A DNA stretch of 64,000 nucleotides from an uncultured Gemmatimonadales bacterium (GTDB lineage: Bacteria; Gemmatimonadota; Gemmatimonadetes; Gemmatimonadales; Gemmatimonadaceae): positions 128,001-192,000 of the forward strand of contig CAVPQB010000006.1 in NCBI GenBank assembly GCA_963707505.1, written 5' to 3'. Each line of letters opens with the position of its first letter. Position 1 is the first letter of the stretch. Positions 17,767 through 27,826 of this stretch are shown one piece after another. The notes beneath the pieces were generated by a model. It had not been told where the DNA came from, ran no database searches, and saw nothing but the letters and a program-made list of their open reading frames with translations. The translations under genes were made by a program, and so were the position numbers.

Positions 17767-19737
17767 TCAGCGTGTTCCCTTCTCGATCACTATCAACTTC
17801 GCATCGTCCGTCCCGATCTTGCGCATCCACTCGAGCATGGTCTTGAGTTGATCCGGAGCATAGTTACCACCGGCACCCGTGATCGTTCGCTTGAGCACCA
17901 GGTCACGTCCTGACTGGGCGTATTCGCTGTGGTATTTGCCGAACTCGCTCGACGCATCCACATTGGCCGGAAGTTGAGCGTGCCATCCTTCCGGCATCGT
18001 GACCCGAAATTCCATCGTCGTCACACCGTAACCGAAGATCCTGTCCGCCGCGATCGGAAATAGCCTTGGCCCGGCTGTTTCTATTTCCTGCGCTGCGGAG
18101 GAAAAACCGCTCATCGTGCCGAACGGATTAGTGAGAATCGCGTTGGTTCCTGCCATCGATGCAGCTCGCCCGTTTCGAACGATCACCGACATCTTTGGTT
18201 TCGCCGCAAGATCCTTTCCCGCGAATCCCGTAAGACTGTCGCCCTGGGCGCCCTCGAAAATGTTACCCGCAATGGCGTTGGCCGCCTTGGCCCGTTGAAC
18301 GGAATCGAGTGGGTTCTCGAAAGCGCTCCGCAACGAATACTGACGCGCGCCGAGTCCGCTCTCTTCGTAGGTCCCAGTGAACTGCCCGTCAACTGAAAGC
18401 GTACCTACGATGCGACGCGAGCCGGAATTATCCGTGATGGACGCTTTCGGGAGCGTTATCTCCTCGATGCTCCCGTCCGGGTGAACGATCATTCCGAATG
18501 CTCCCTGATAATCGAACGGCAACTCACCGAGCGGCGTGAGCGATGCGGTGAGATCGGCAAATTCGTATTGCGTCGTGCCGGGCAGCCTGAAAGCCGCGAT
18601 TACGTGATCGAGCTGCGCGATGGACGGCATGCTCCGCTGCACTCCGCCACTCGAATTCAGAATTACGGGAAACGCGGTGATACCGAGCCGCTTGAGCGCG
18701 ACGATGAAGAGTGTCGCCTTGTCCTTGCAATCCCCGAATCCGGTGCGAATCACCTCGTCGGGCGATCTCGGCTGATAGCCGCCCAATCCAAGCGCGATGC
18801 TGACGTACCGAATGTCCTGCGCCACCCAGCGGTGCACCGCGCGGATGGAGTCATCCAGTGTCCGTGCGCCTTTGACAGCCTGCGTGATCGCCGAATCGAC
18901 GGCTGGCGAAGCCACGTATCTGTCGCGCGCATTTCCAGCGTACCACTTTCCAATCGCCGCCCACGTGATCGGCGACGATACCACGACCGACATGTACACA
19001 CCGTTCGAATCCGACTCGAATGCTTCGGACTTGACGCTCTTGATGTTGCTGGTCGCCCACGTATAAACGTGGCGTCCGTTCGCCGATTTCTCCGTACGTG
19101 CGAAGTTGAGATTATCCTCGCGGATACGTGGTGTGAAACCAGCTGGAACGTCGACCACGTAGCGCGAACGCATCACCTGCGGTCCACTGCTCACGTTCCA
19201 CGAGTCGAAGAAGTCACCGGATAGAAATGGCTTCAGCTCCGTCGTCGTGTAGCTCAGGTCGACGATCGTCCCCGGTGCGACACCAGTAAGCGACGCTCGC
19301 ACGACTTTCTGATCCGAATAAGTCGGATCACCGAACTGCGCAGGCACGTCCGACTCCTGCACCTGCGAGGGTGCTGCACTCACGACCGTGCCGTCCGGCT
19401 TGACTACGCGAATCCAGTTGAGCGTGAATCGCTGATGCTTTGGTGCATAGGAGAACTGCTGCTCTCTGTATCGATCGACGGCCTCTGGACGCAGTATCTG
19501 GATGATCTGCCGATATGTCGACTCTTCTCGGCCGTCGGGCTCGATGTGGAGCACCCCGTCATCCAGAAGCAGAACTCCCGCTTCTTGGGGAAATTGTTCT
19601 GGCTTGACCGCAAGTCGGTAGATCGTGTCGGCGTTGACCGATGGATCTCCAGCCGATGTAATGCGGGGAGCCTGCGCAACTGCAAGCGATGATACGAGAG
19701 TGAGTGCAACCGCGGGCGCCAGCGTGCGGAAGAGCAA
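17767..19737 (-). CDS. Secreted DUF3857/transglutaminase-domain protein
   Basis: Signal peptide, IRYVSIALG.GGYQP, GDCKDKA (Cys), DHVI (His), DLT (Asp). Confidence 0.9.
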   Translation of the reverse strand: MLFRTLAPAVALTLVSSLAVAQAPRITSAGDPSVNADTIYRLAVKPEQFPQEAGVLLLDDGVLHIEPDGREESTYRQIIQILRPEAVDRYREQQFSYAPKHQRFTLNWIRVVKPDGTVVSAAPSQVQESDVPAQFGDPTYSDQKVVRASLTGVAPGTIVDLSYTTTELKPFLSGDFFDSWNVSSGPQVMRSRYVVDVPAGFTPRIREDNLNFARTEKSANGRHVYTWATSNIKSVKSEAFESDSNGVYMSVVVSSPITWAAIGKWYAGNARDRYVASPAVDSAITQAVKGARTLDDSIRAVHRWVAQDIRYVSIALGLGGYQPRSPDEVIRTGFGDCKDKATLFIVALKRLGITAFPVILNSSGGVQRSMPSIAQLDHVIAAFRLPGTTQYEFADLTASLTPLGELPFDYQGAFGMIVHPDGSIEEITLPKASITDNSGSRRIVGTLSVDGQFTGTYEESGLGARQYSLRSAFENPLDSVQRAKAANAIAGNIFEGAQGDSLTGFAGKDLAAKPKMSVIVRNGRAASMAGTNAILTNPFGTMSGFSSAAQEIETAGPRLFPIAADRIFGYGVTTMEFRVTMPEGWHAQLPANVDASSEFGKYHSEYAQSGRDLVLKRTITGAGGNYAPDQLKTMLEWMRKIGTDDAKLIVIEKGTR

Positions 19738-19817
19738 GAGGTTCTCCGGAAATCACAAGCGCCGACGAGGCTCGACGCTTATGAGACAAGTAAGTGACGA
19801 TACGAAGGACGAACTGA

Positions 19818-20226
19818 TTACGTGCCCTGGCCGGTATGTCGCGCCGCACGCAGCTCCATTCCACGCGCGATCACATACGCGATCAGTAAAAACACGAATG
19901 CAACGAGCAACATCCATGCAGTGCTCTGCAGCGTTTCGATCACCGTGCGGTACACCTCCAGCGTCCAGCGCTCGGGCGTGAGTACCAACGGGAGTGCCTT
20001 CGGGTCTGCCGGATTCACATATTGCTCGAGTGAGAAGATCCTCACTCCACCGGAGATTCCCACAACGTAGAGCGCGAAGATCATGTACCGATGCCATGCA
20101 CCCGCAAGATCCGGCGCCACAACGCGATCGAGTATCCGCCGGATCGATCGCGCTGAATATGAACGCGACGATGGCCGACACAACGAGAGCAACGGCGAAC
20201 GTAACCACGAGCAGTGCTAGAAACAC
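19818..20226 (-). CDS. Hypothetical membrane protein, split by an apparent +1 indel at ~20151
   Basis: N-terminal TM of ORF 19753-20226 joins RSIRRILDRVV...ERWTLEVYRTVIETLQ of ORF 19818-20192 if one base is removed. Confidence 0.7.
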
Positions 20227-20498
20227 TGGCTCGCCCTGACTGTTTCAGACATGGCCGAATCGCCCCTTACGTGGATGAGCTGACGCATCTGCTACTTAAA
20301 TGTCGGACGCAACGACGCTCGCCGCCAGTTCCCGGCGCGAGTCACGGCCGTTTTCCCTACTCGGTCGCCCACCAAAAGTCCCTGGCGTCATGCGATCAAC
20401 AACCAAACCAGCGCCAGGTCGTTTACCGGATAGATAATTGATCGCGCCCGTCTAGAGCTGCTCAGTCCCGCCATCTCAGTGACACGTACTGTGGCTGA

Positions 20499-23400
20499 GT
20501 GGACTCTCTTACTCATGCCGCGCGGATGATCGACGCCACCGCTCAAGCCGGCGGTATGGACGCGCTACTGGCGGCGCTGGGCTTTACCGACCGGTCACAC
20601 CCGCTTGATGCTGCGTCGCGAGATCGGCTCGGACTCCCCACTGAGGTACTATCAGCACGTGTAACCTCCGGCGATGGATCGCTACGCGCGCTGAGCGCCG
20701 AGATCGAACAACGAGCGAGCGTGCGGCAAGTGATAACGGCGATCGCGCGCCAGCTCACGATGCAAGCGCCTCATCTCCTGTGGCTCATCGTTATCAGTCA
20801 TCGCGACGGATCGACACTCGCCATCGCAACATGGCGCCGCGTGCGCCCCGCACCGCAGATCGTCGCGATGATCTCCGAGCGCGGAAACGTGGTCGACAGC
20901 GATGCAGAGACGTTATGCGCGCTGTCGGCTGCAACTGCCGCTCACGGCGATGAGATGCGTCACATGCGCTGGCTCGACATACTCGGCCGTGATGCCGTTA
21001 CCCGCCGCTTCTTTCACGCACTTGCACATACGATCGACTCGCTCGCCGCTTCTCTCCCATCACAAGTACCGGCGCCAGATGCGAGAGAGATCGCGATCCT
21101 TACTACGAGCCGCCTTCTCTTCCTGTCGTTTCTCGAAACCAAGGGTTGGCTCAACAGCGACTTCGGCTTTCTCGCCAACGGATTCACGGAATGCATCGCG
21201 AGCGGAGGTTCATATCAACGTCGCGTACTCGAGCCGCTTTTCTTTGGAACGCTGAATACGCGCGTCTCCGAGCGTGCGCCGCGATCCCGCGCATTCGGAC
21301 GCATCCCGTTCCTCAACGGCGGACTCTTCTCGCGCACGACGGTCGAGCGCATCCACCGCCACTCGCGCTTCTCCGACGACGCACTGGGCGCGCTCTTCGG
21401 TGACGTCCTCATTCGATATCGCTTCACCGCCCGCGAAGACGCGACTGCATGGTCCCAGGCGGCTATCGATCCCGAAATGCTCGGCAAGGTGTTCGAATCG
21501 CTGATGGAATCCGGCGACCGCAAGCGCGGCGGAGTGTTCTATACGCCACAGCGGTTTGTAGAGAGGCTCACTACTCTCACGTTCGGTGCCGCGCTCGAAC
21601 GCAGCGGCATGAGACGCACAGAGGCCGAGCAGTTGCTCGGCGACCACGAACCGAACACAGTCCCGAATCCACGCATTCTGGAAGATGTGAAGCGGCTGCG
21701 AATCCTCGACCCCGCGTGCGGCTCGGGCGCATTCCTGGTTTATGCGCTGGAGCGCATGGCACGCCTTCGGATCGCGCTCGGTGATACGGACTCACCAAGC
21801 AATGTGCGACGCTCGGTGCTCCGGCAATCGATTTTCGGCGTGGATTCCAGTCCGACAGCGGTATGGCTCTGCGAGCTACGGCTGTGGCTGTCCGCAGTGA
21901 TCGACAGCGATGAGCCGGACCCCATGCGTGTGATTCCTCTGCCGAACCTTGACCGTCAGATTCGCGTCGGAAACTCGCTCGCGGGCGACGCATTCGGAAG
22001 TCGGGCTTCCCGCGGCACCGCACGACGACGCGCCTCGGCGCTAAGGGATCGATACACACGATCGAATGGGCAGAGAAAGCTCTCCCTTGGGAGGCAGCTC
22101 GACTTTGTGGAGCGTATGCGTGCAGTTGACGCGATCGACGCCCGCATCACCGCCGCTCGATTCGAGCGACAGGAGATCGTCCGTGCCGTTCGATCGCGCG
22201 ATCTGTTCAACGTACGCATGGCGCCGGATCCGAAACAACGCGACAGATTGCTCGAACTGCGCTCCACCATGCGAGCGTTGCAACGAAAGCGCGTGGCAAT
22301 TCAGCGCGGCGGCATGCCGGCGTTCGCATATCCGATACACTTCGCGGATGTCGCGGAGTCCGGTGGATTCGATGTAGTCGTCGGCAATCCGCCCTGGGTT
22401 CGAGTGCACAACATGCACGCCGATGATCGCGCGCGTTATCGGGAGAAGTTCAGCGTGTTCCGTCGCGGCGCATGGTCGGAGGGAGCCCGCGGTGCAAGCG
22501 CCGGGCACGGCTTCGCCGGACAGACCGATCTCGCGGCTCTGTTCGTGGAGCGATCGGTGGACTTGCTCGCGCCCGGTGGCGTCATGGGACTGCTTCTGCC
22601 ATCCAAGCTTTGGAGCTCGCTGGCCGGCGGTGGCGCACGCCAGCTCGTGCTCGACCGAACCCGAATCATCGCACTCGGAGATTTCTCCAATGCGCCCGAC
22701 GCATTCGAGGCTGCCGTGTACCCCTCGATGCTCGTTGCAACACGCAGGTCTGAAGACGGAGCAAGGCATGACTGCCCAGTACAGATCAGCGTACAGCATC
22801 GTAGCGACACTTCGCACTGGAATGTCGCTACGGAGAACCTTTCGCTCGATCCTTCCCCGGGGAGCCCGTGGTTGTTGCTCGCCCCTCGGGCTCGCGCATC
22901 ATTCGATCTGCTGACAGCCGCTGGCGTTCCGTTATTTACGACAGCACTGGGACGACCGCACCTCGGCGTCAAGACAGGCTGCAACGACGCATTTGTCGTT
23001 CGAGCCGGCGACAATCATGGCGAGGTGACAGACGTCGCCGCAAATGGAAAGCGTTGCGAGATCGAAACGCAGTTGCTTCGCCCGCTCGTCCGAGGAGAAA
23101 CGGTGACGCGATGGCGGCTCGCTCCGGATGACGAGCGAATCATATGGACCCACGATGACACGGGCACACCACTCCGCGCGTTGCCGCCGCACACCCAACG
23201 CTGGCTTGCACGCTCCCGGCGCGCGCTCGAGCGGCGGAGCGACGCCCGGTCGGATCGCTGGTGGTCCCTCTTCCGTGTCGAGAGCGCGTGCGCCAGGTCC
23301 CCCCGCGTAATCTGGGCCGACTTCGGGCGCGCGCCCAGAGCGGCTGTTCTCGAAGCCGGCGATCCGACAGTGCCACTCAACACATGTTACTCCGTAACGT

Positions 23401-23714
23401 GCAATTGCATGGCCGATGCACTCGCACTCGCGGCGATCCTCAACTCACGGATAGCCGCCGCATGGCTCGGCGCGATCGCTGAGCCTGCACGCGGCGGCTA
23501 CCACCGGTATCTCGGCTGGACGATCGCACGCTTGCCAATTCCGCCGGACTGGCCACGCGCGGTGAGCCTGCTTGCCCCCGTCGCAGAATGCGCACGTGCC
23601 GGGAATGAGCCTGCCGACGATGATCTCGATGCTCTGGTGCTGTCCGCGTACGACTTGAACGGATCTGCCCTCGTGCCTCTTCTCCAGTGGACCCATGCTC
23701 GCAACAACGATTGA
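20499..23714 (+). CDS. N6-adenine DNA methyltransferase, Eco57I/type IIG-like architecture (1071 aa)
   Basis: RLLFL.FLE.KGWL, IPFLNGGLF, IDPEMLGKVFE, GVFYTP, motif I LDPACGSGAFL, IFGVD, motif IV VGNPPW, TaqI-like C-terminal TRD (GVKTGCNDAF, PLVRG, AILNS). Confidence 0.92.
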   Translation: MDSLTHAARMIDATAQAGGMDALLAALGFTDRSHPLDAASRDRLGLPTEVLSARVTSGDGSLRALSAEIEQRASVRQVITAIARQLTMQAPHLLWLIVISHRDGSTLAIATWRRVRPAPQIVAMISERGNVVDSDAETLCALSAATAAHGDEMRHMRWLDILGRDAVTRRFFHALAHTIDSLAASLPSQVPAPDAREIAILTTSRLLFLSFLETKGWLNSDFGFLANGFTECIASGGSYQRRVLEPLFFGTLNTRVSERAPRSRAFGRIPFLNGGLFSRTTVERIHRHSRFSDDALGALFGDVLIRYRFTAREDATAWSQAAIDPEMLGKVFESLMESGDRKRGGVFYTPQRFVERLTTLTFGAALERSGMRRTEAEQLLGDHEPNTVPNPRILEDVKRLRILDPACGSGAFLVYALERMARLRIALGDTDSPSNVRRSVLRQSIFGVDSSPTAVWLCELRLWLSAVIDSDEPDPMRVIPLPNLDRQIRVGNSLAGDAFGSRASRGTARRRASALRDRYTRSNGQRKLSLGRQLDFVERMRAVDAIDARITAARFERQEIVRAVRSRDLFNVRMAPDPKQRDRLLELRSTMRALQRKRVAIQRGGMPAFAYPIHFADVAESGGFDVVVGNPPWVRVHNMHADDRARYREKFSVFRRGAWSEGARGASAGHGFAGQTDLAALFVERSVDLLAPGGVMGLLLPSKLWSSLAGGGARQLVLDRTRIIALGDFSNAPDAFEAAVYPSMLVATRRSEDGARHDCPVQISVQHRSDTSHWNVATENLSLDPSPGSPWLLLAPRARASFDLLTAAGVPLFTTALGRPHLGVKTGCNDAFVVRAGDNHGEVTDVAANGKRCEIETQLLRPLVRGETVTRWRLAPDDERIIWTHDDTGTPLRALPPHTQRWLARSRRALERRSDARSDRWWSLFRVESACARSPRVIWADFGRAPRAAVLEAGDPTVPLNTCYSVTCNCMADALALAAILNSRIAAAWLGAIAEPARGGYHRYLGWTIARLPIPPDWPRAVSLLAPVAECARAGNEPADDDLDALVLSAYDLNGSALVPLLQWTHARNND

Positions 23715-25962
23715 CGCGTCCCAGCCGGAGCTCGAGACCCGCATCGTTTCTCTCGCTGATGCGCGCGCCGCTATCGCTGAATGCATGTTCGGTGACGAGC
23801 CGGAGCGACTTCGCATTGGAAACGTCACACTCCATGTCCACCAGCGGTCCGCGGTCGCACGCCTTCAGCGCACGATGTCGGAGCACGGTGGCGCACTTCT
23901 GTGCGACGATGTCGGGCTTGGCAAGACGTACGTCGCGCTCGCTGTCGCGGCTCGTTACAAAGCAGTTACCGTAATCGCCCCAGCCTCGCTCACGGACATG
24001 TGGCTGCATGCCATCGCCGTAACCCGCGTCAGCGCGGAATTCGTCTCGATCGAATCGCTCGGCCGTACAGGTCCGCCGGCGAGAATACGGGATCTGATAG
24101 TCGTCGATGAGGCTCACAACTTTCGGAATACCTGCACGCGTCGCTACTCGGCGCTCGCGCATCTCTGTATCCTCAGTCCTGTTCTCCTGCTCACTGCGAC
24201 TCCGCTGCATAATTCGCACGACGACGTCGCGGCGCTTGTCGCTCTGTTCATCGGGTCACGTGCCTACACGATGACCGGTGCGGAATTCCTGCCCCTGATT
24301 GTGCGGCGCGATGCAGCAGCGTACGCCGGAGCTCACCACATACCGGTCGTCGAGCACGCCGCTCCGGTGGTGATCGCGACGGATACAGATATACTTGACA
24401 TGATTCTCGCCCTTCCGCCGCCGGTGCCTCCGAGCGATGGCGGCGTCGCGACGCGGCTCGTCATGCATGGACTGGTGCGACAGTGGGTATCCAGCAACGC
24501 GGCGCTCGTCGGTGCGCTCAAACGAAGAATCGCACGCTCGCATGGATTGCTCGCTTCTCTCGATGCGGGCCGGTATCCCACTGGCGCTGAACTATCGGCG
24601 TGGGTGTACAGCGACGAGGCGGTGCAGCTCGCTTTTGCCGAGTTGCTGGTTCCAGCGACTGCGCCGCTCGCGGCGCTCAGCTCGGCGCTGCGTGAGCATG
24701 TCTCGGCACTCGACAGGCTGTTAGCGCACGCCAGGACGATCGGCGACGAAGCGCTCGCCGGATTCGTACGGGATGTCGTGCGAGCGCATCCTGCCGAGAA
24801 GGTCGTTGCGTTCTCGTGTTATGCGGAGACCGCTGAAGCGATTTATCGACTCGTCAAACGCGATGGACACGCTGCTTTGTTGACCGCGCGCGGAGCGATG
24901 ATCGCAAGCGGACCCGTCAGCCGCACGGAGGTGCTCTCCCAGTTCGCACCAGACGCGCGACACGCCCATCTCGACGAGCACGCAATCATCAATTGTCTCA
25001 TCGCGACAGATCTGTTGAGCGAGGGCGTGAATCTTCAGGAAGCGTCAGTCGTGATTCACATGGACCTTCCATGGACCGCGGCTCGCGTGGAGCAACGCAT
25101 CGGCCGTCTCGCGCGCATGGGTTCGCGACATCCGCGCGTGATGTCATACACCGTGACCCCGCCATCCCGAGCGGAGCTGTTTCTTCATGAGCTGGAGATA
25201 ATCGCACGTAAATCCGACCTCTCCGCGCACATGTTCGGCGACTCGACGATCACCAACCTGTCGGCGCGATCGAACGACCGAGCGGCGATCCAGCGTGGCG
25301 AACATGTGCGCGCAACCATCGAGAAATGGCGACGCACCGTTCCCGACACTATCGATACGATAAACCGTCCGCGCGTCGTAGCCCTGGCACGTGCGGCGCG
25401 ACCTGCTACGCTCGGTGTGTGGATCGTCGATGGCACCGCCACGTTGCTCTCATGGGACGACGTGTCGGGAATGACCGGCGACGCTTTCGTCATTGAAGCC
25501 GCGACGGATCTGGCGGACCGCGCTGAAGCCGCTGGGGGCGCGACGTCGCGCAACGAGATACCGACATGCCTGTCATCGGTTCTCAAGTCTGCCGATTCCT
25601 GGTATCAGCAGCGCTGTGCGTGGCACGCACTCGGCGCGCCTGACGGACACGCGACCGTTCCAGGTGTGCATGATGCAAGACGCTCCCTCGCACGCGTCGC
25701 AGATGCCGCGAGCGCCAACGCGAACTTCGCGCGAAGATCACATTCGGCTGCGATCGCCACGCGCCTCAGGAGCGCCGCTGCAACGCCACTTCCACTCGCT
25801 GTGGAGTGGTCGCTCGAAAGCCTCACGGATTCCCCCGACGAAGCCGCCGTCGATACCATCCTCGAGCTTGTCGACAAGGCTCGGCGGTCCCCCGACCAGG
25901 TACATGAGAAGGGCATTCGTCTGGTCGCGCTCATTTTCATGTCACCGGAGGGTGTATCATGA
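23695..25962 (+). CDS. SF2 (SNF2-like) helicase/ATPase (755 aa)
   Basis: LCDDVGLGKT, VVDEAHN, LLLTATP..N, VVAFS, ATDLLSEGVNLQ, DLPW....EQRIGR; overlaps the MTase stop by 20 nt. Confidence 0.92.
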   Translation: MLATTIDASQPELETRIVSLADARAAIAECMFGDEPERLRIGNVTLHVHQRSAVARLQRTMSEHGGALLCDDVGLGKTYVALAVAARYKAVTVIAPASLTDMWLHAIAVTRVSAEFVSIESLGRTGPPARIRDLIVVDEAHNFRNTCTRRYSALAHLCILSPVLLLTATPLHNSHDDVAALVALFIGSRAYTMTGAEFLPLIVRRDAAAYAGAHHIPVVEHAAPVVIATDTDILDMILALPPPVPPSDGGVATRLVMHGLVRQWVSSNAALVGALKRRIARSHGLLASLDAGRYPTGAELSAWVYSDEAVQLAFAELLVPATAPLAALSSALREHVSALDRLLAHARTIGDEALAGFVRDVVRAHPAEKVVAFSCYAETAEAIYRLVKRDGHAALLTARGAMIASGPVSRTEVLSQFAPDARHAHLDEHAIINCLIATDLLSEGVNLQEASVVIHMDLPWTAARVEQRIGRLARMGSRHPRVMSYTVTPPSRAELFLHELEIIARKSDLSAHMFGDSTITNLSARSNDRAAIQRGEHVRATIEKWRRTVPDTIDTINRPRVVALARAARPATLGVWIVDGTATLLSWDDVSGMTGDAFVIEAATDLADRAEAAGGATSRNEIPTCLSSVLKSADSWYQQRCAWHALGAPDGHATVPGVHDARRSLARVADAASANANFARRSHSAAIATRLRSAAATPLPLAVEWSLESLTDSPDEAAVDTILELVDKARRSPDQVHEKGIRLVALIFMSPEGVS

Positions 25963-26024
25963 TGGATTCGAACGTCCGTTCGAGATGCGTCCGACCGAAG
26001 ATCGCGATGCGTTACATTCGCCAT

Positions 26025-26732
26025 ATGGCAGAACCGAACACAGCTGCGCCCGGAGCGCAGCATCGTACCCGTCCGATCGCGGTCCTTTTCGACCTGGACG
26101 GCACCCTCATCGACTCCATCGGCCTCCTGCTCGCCAGCGTCAAGCACGCGTTCGAGGGCTTCGCCGGACGGGCACCAACCGAAGAAGAATGGGTCGCCGG
26201 AATCGGCACCCCGCTAGCCACCCAGCTCAAGGCATACTGCGATACGGACGAGCAGCTGGAGGCCGTAACGACGCGTTACCGCGTCTTTCAGCGCGCCGCG
26301 CACGATCGCCTGACGACAGTCTTCCCCGGAACGCTGGAAGTCCTCGGGAGCCTCGCCGCTTCCGGCCATCCCATGGGGATCGTTACGAGCAAGTCCAATG
26401 AGATGATGGACCGCGCTCTCGATCTCACCGGCATCGCCCCATACATGCAGTCGAAAATCGGATGCGACTCCTGTTCCATCCACAAGCCCGATCCATTCCC
26501 CGTCCGCATGGCCCTCGGCGAGCTGGGCTACGAGGCTAGTGAGGCGGTTTTCGTCGGCGACTCACCGCATGACGTAAACGCGGGAAACTCGGCAGGTGCA
26601 ATCTCGATTGCTGCCCTTTGGGGCCCTTTCCGGCGCGATCAGCTCGAGCCGGCCAACCCGGCCCACTTTCTCACGGACATAGCCCACCTCCCCGCGCTCG
26701 TTGAACGAATCCAGAACCGTTCCGCGGTGTAA
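26025..26732 (+). CDS. HAD-superfamily phosphatase (PpaX/Gph-like); alternative start at 25959 with ATGA overlap
   Basis: FDLDGTLIDS, IVTSK, HKPDP, FVGDSPHD. Confidence 0.92.
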   Translation: MAEPNTAAPGAQHRTRPIAVLFDLDGTLIDSIGLLLASVKHAFEGFAGRAPTEEEWVAGIGTPLATQLKAYCDTDEQLEAVTTRYRVFQRAAHDRLTTVFPGTLEVLGSLAASGHPMGIVTSKSNEMMDRALDLTGIAPYMQSKIGCDSCSIHKPDPFPVRMALGELGYEASEAVFVGDSPHDVNAGNSAGAISIAALWGPFRRDQLEPANPAHFLTDIAHLPALVERIQNRSAV

Positions 26733-26769
26733 TATTGTTGCAGTCTCTTCCTTTCAATCGGAGCCTTTG

Positions 26770-27447
26770 ATGGGTTTCTCACTTCCCGTCACTTCCGGCC
26801 TTGTCCGGACCGGCGAGGAGCGCGCGCAGCTCGTCCGCCGGACGTACTCGCTGGTTTTTGTCAGCGTTCTGGTCACGGTGGTCGGTGCGACCTACGCGAT
26901 GTCGAACCAGTACATCCTGGATCAGATCACCCAGCACCGGTGGCTGTCGATGGCGGCCGTGTTCGTGCCACTTCTAGTGGCTCAGGGAGCCCGCAATCGC
27001 TTTCCCCTGAACATCGCGATGGTGCTGCTGTTCTCGTTTGCGATGGGTGCGCTTATCGGCCCGGTGATCGTCCTCAACTCACGCGGCGGCACCGAGCTCG
27101 TAACGCAAGCCGCGACGATCACGCTGGGAGCCTTCGGGATACTCACCCTCTACGCCTTCGTCAGCCGGCGCGACTTCTCCGCATGGGGGAGCTTCTTCGT
27201 CGTCGGTCTGTGGGTGCTGATCGCGACGTCGCTGCTGAACATGTTCTTCGGCAACGCTACGAGCGAGCTCTGGCTCGCCGGTGGAACCGTATTGGTGTTC
27301 AGCGGATTGCTCGTATTTGATACCTGGCGCCTGCGCAACGTCTACGGGCCCGACGATTACGTCATGGCCGCTCTGCAGATCTATCTCGATCTGCTCAACA
27401 TGTTCCTCGCCGTCCTGCGCCTGCTGGGCGGCGGACGACGCAACTAG
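26770..27447 (+). CDS. Bax inhibitor-1/YccA family membrane protein
   Basis: VRRTY, RRDFS, FSGL..FDT, AALQIYLDLLNMF; 7 TM. Confidence 0.93.
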   Translation: MGFSLPVTSGLVRTGEERAQLVRRTYSLVFVSVLVTVVGATYAMSNQYILDQITQHRWLSMAAVFVPLLVAQGARNRFPLNIAMVLLFSFAMGALIGPVIVLNSRGGTELVTQAATITLGAFGILTLYAFVSRRDFSAWGSFFVVGLWVLIATSLLNMFFGNATSELWLAGGTVLVFSGLLVFDTWRLRNVYGPDDYVMAALQIYLDLLNMFLAVLRLLGGGRRN

Positions 27448-27470
27448 GCAGAGCTGAAGCAAGGTGCACG

Positions 27471-27499
27471 AAAGGCGCGTCCGCGTGGACGCGCCTTTT
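27471..27499. terminator. Bidirectional terminator
   Basis: aaaggcgcgtcc-gcgt-ggacgcgcctttt between convergent genes. Confidence 0.8.
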
Positions 27500-27523
27500 G
27501 CGTGGGTAACTTCCCTGCCGTCG

Positions 27524-27826
27524 TTACCGCGTTGCCGCGAACTCTATCTCGTTCGCCATATTGAGATCCTTCTGCGTGATGCCGCCCGCGTCGTGGGTCG
27601 TCAGCATGCAGGTGATCTTGGTGTAACGAATGTCCATGTCGGGATGGTGTTGCGCCGCTTCTGCAGCTTCCGCGACGCGCGTCACGAAGGCGATGCCATC
27701 CGGAAAGGTCTCGAACTGAAACGTTTTGGAAAGCACGTCACCCTTCCGGGCCCAGCCTGGGAGTGACCCAAGCCCCCGCTGAACCGCGATGTCCGACAAC
27801 CGCTCAGGACGCTCCATATTTTTCAT
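27524..27826 (-). CDS. Pterin-4-alpha-carbinolamine dehydratase (4a-hydroxytetrahydrobiopterin dehydratase)
   Basis: LPGW, F.F..F, AE...HHPD, LTTHDAGGITQKD. Confidence 0.93.
   Translation of the reverse strand: MKNMERPERLSDIAVQRGLGSLPGWARKGDVLSKTFQFETFPDGIAFVTRVAEAAEAAQHHPDMDIRYTKITCMLTTHDAGGITQKDLNMANEIEFAATR

Noticed and set aside
20240..20498. Structured RNA or small ORF in the 270-bp region upstream of the MTase
   Set aside because: Only short inverted repeats (cctggcg/cgccagg, ctcag/ctgag) and a 75-aa ORF with no SD or motif; not supportable
20499..25962. Calling the MTase-helicase pair DISARM or BREX
   Set aside because: No drmA/drmB/drmC, brxC or pglZ homologue adjacent; flanks are a membrane protein and a HAD phosphatase
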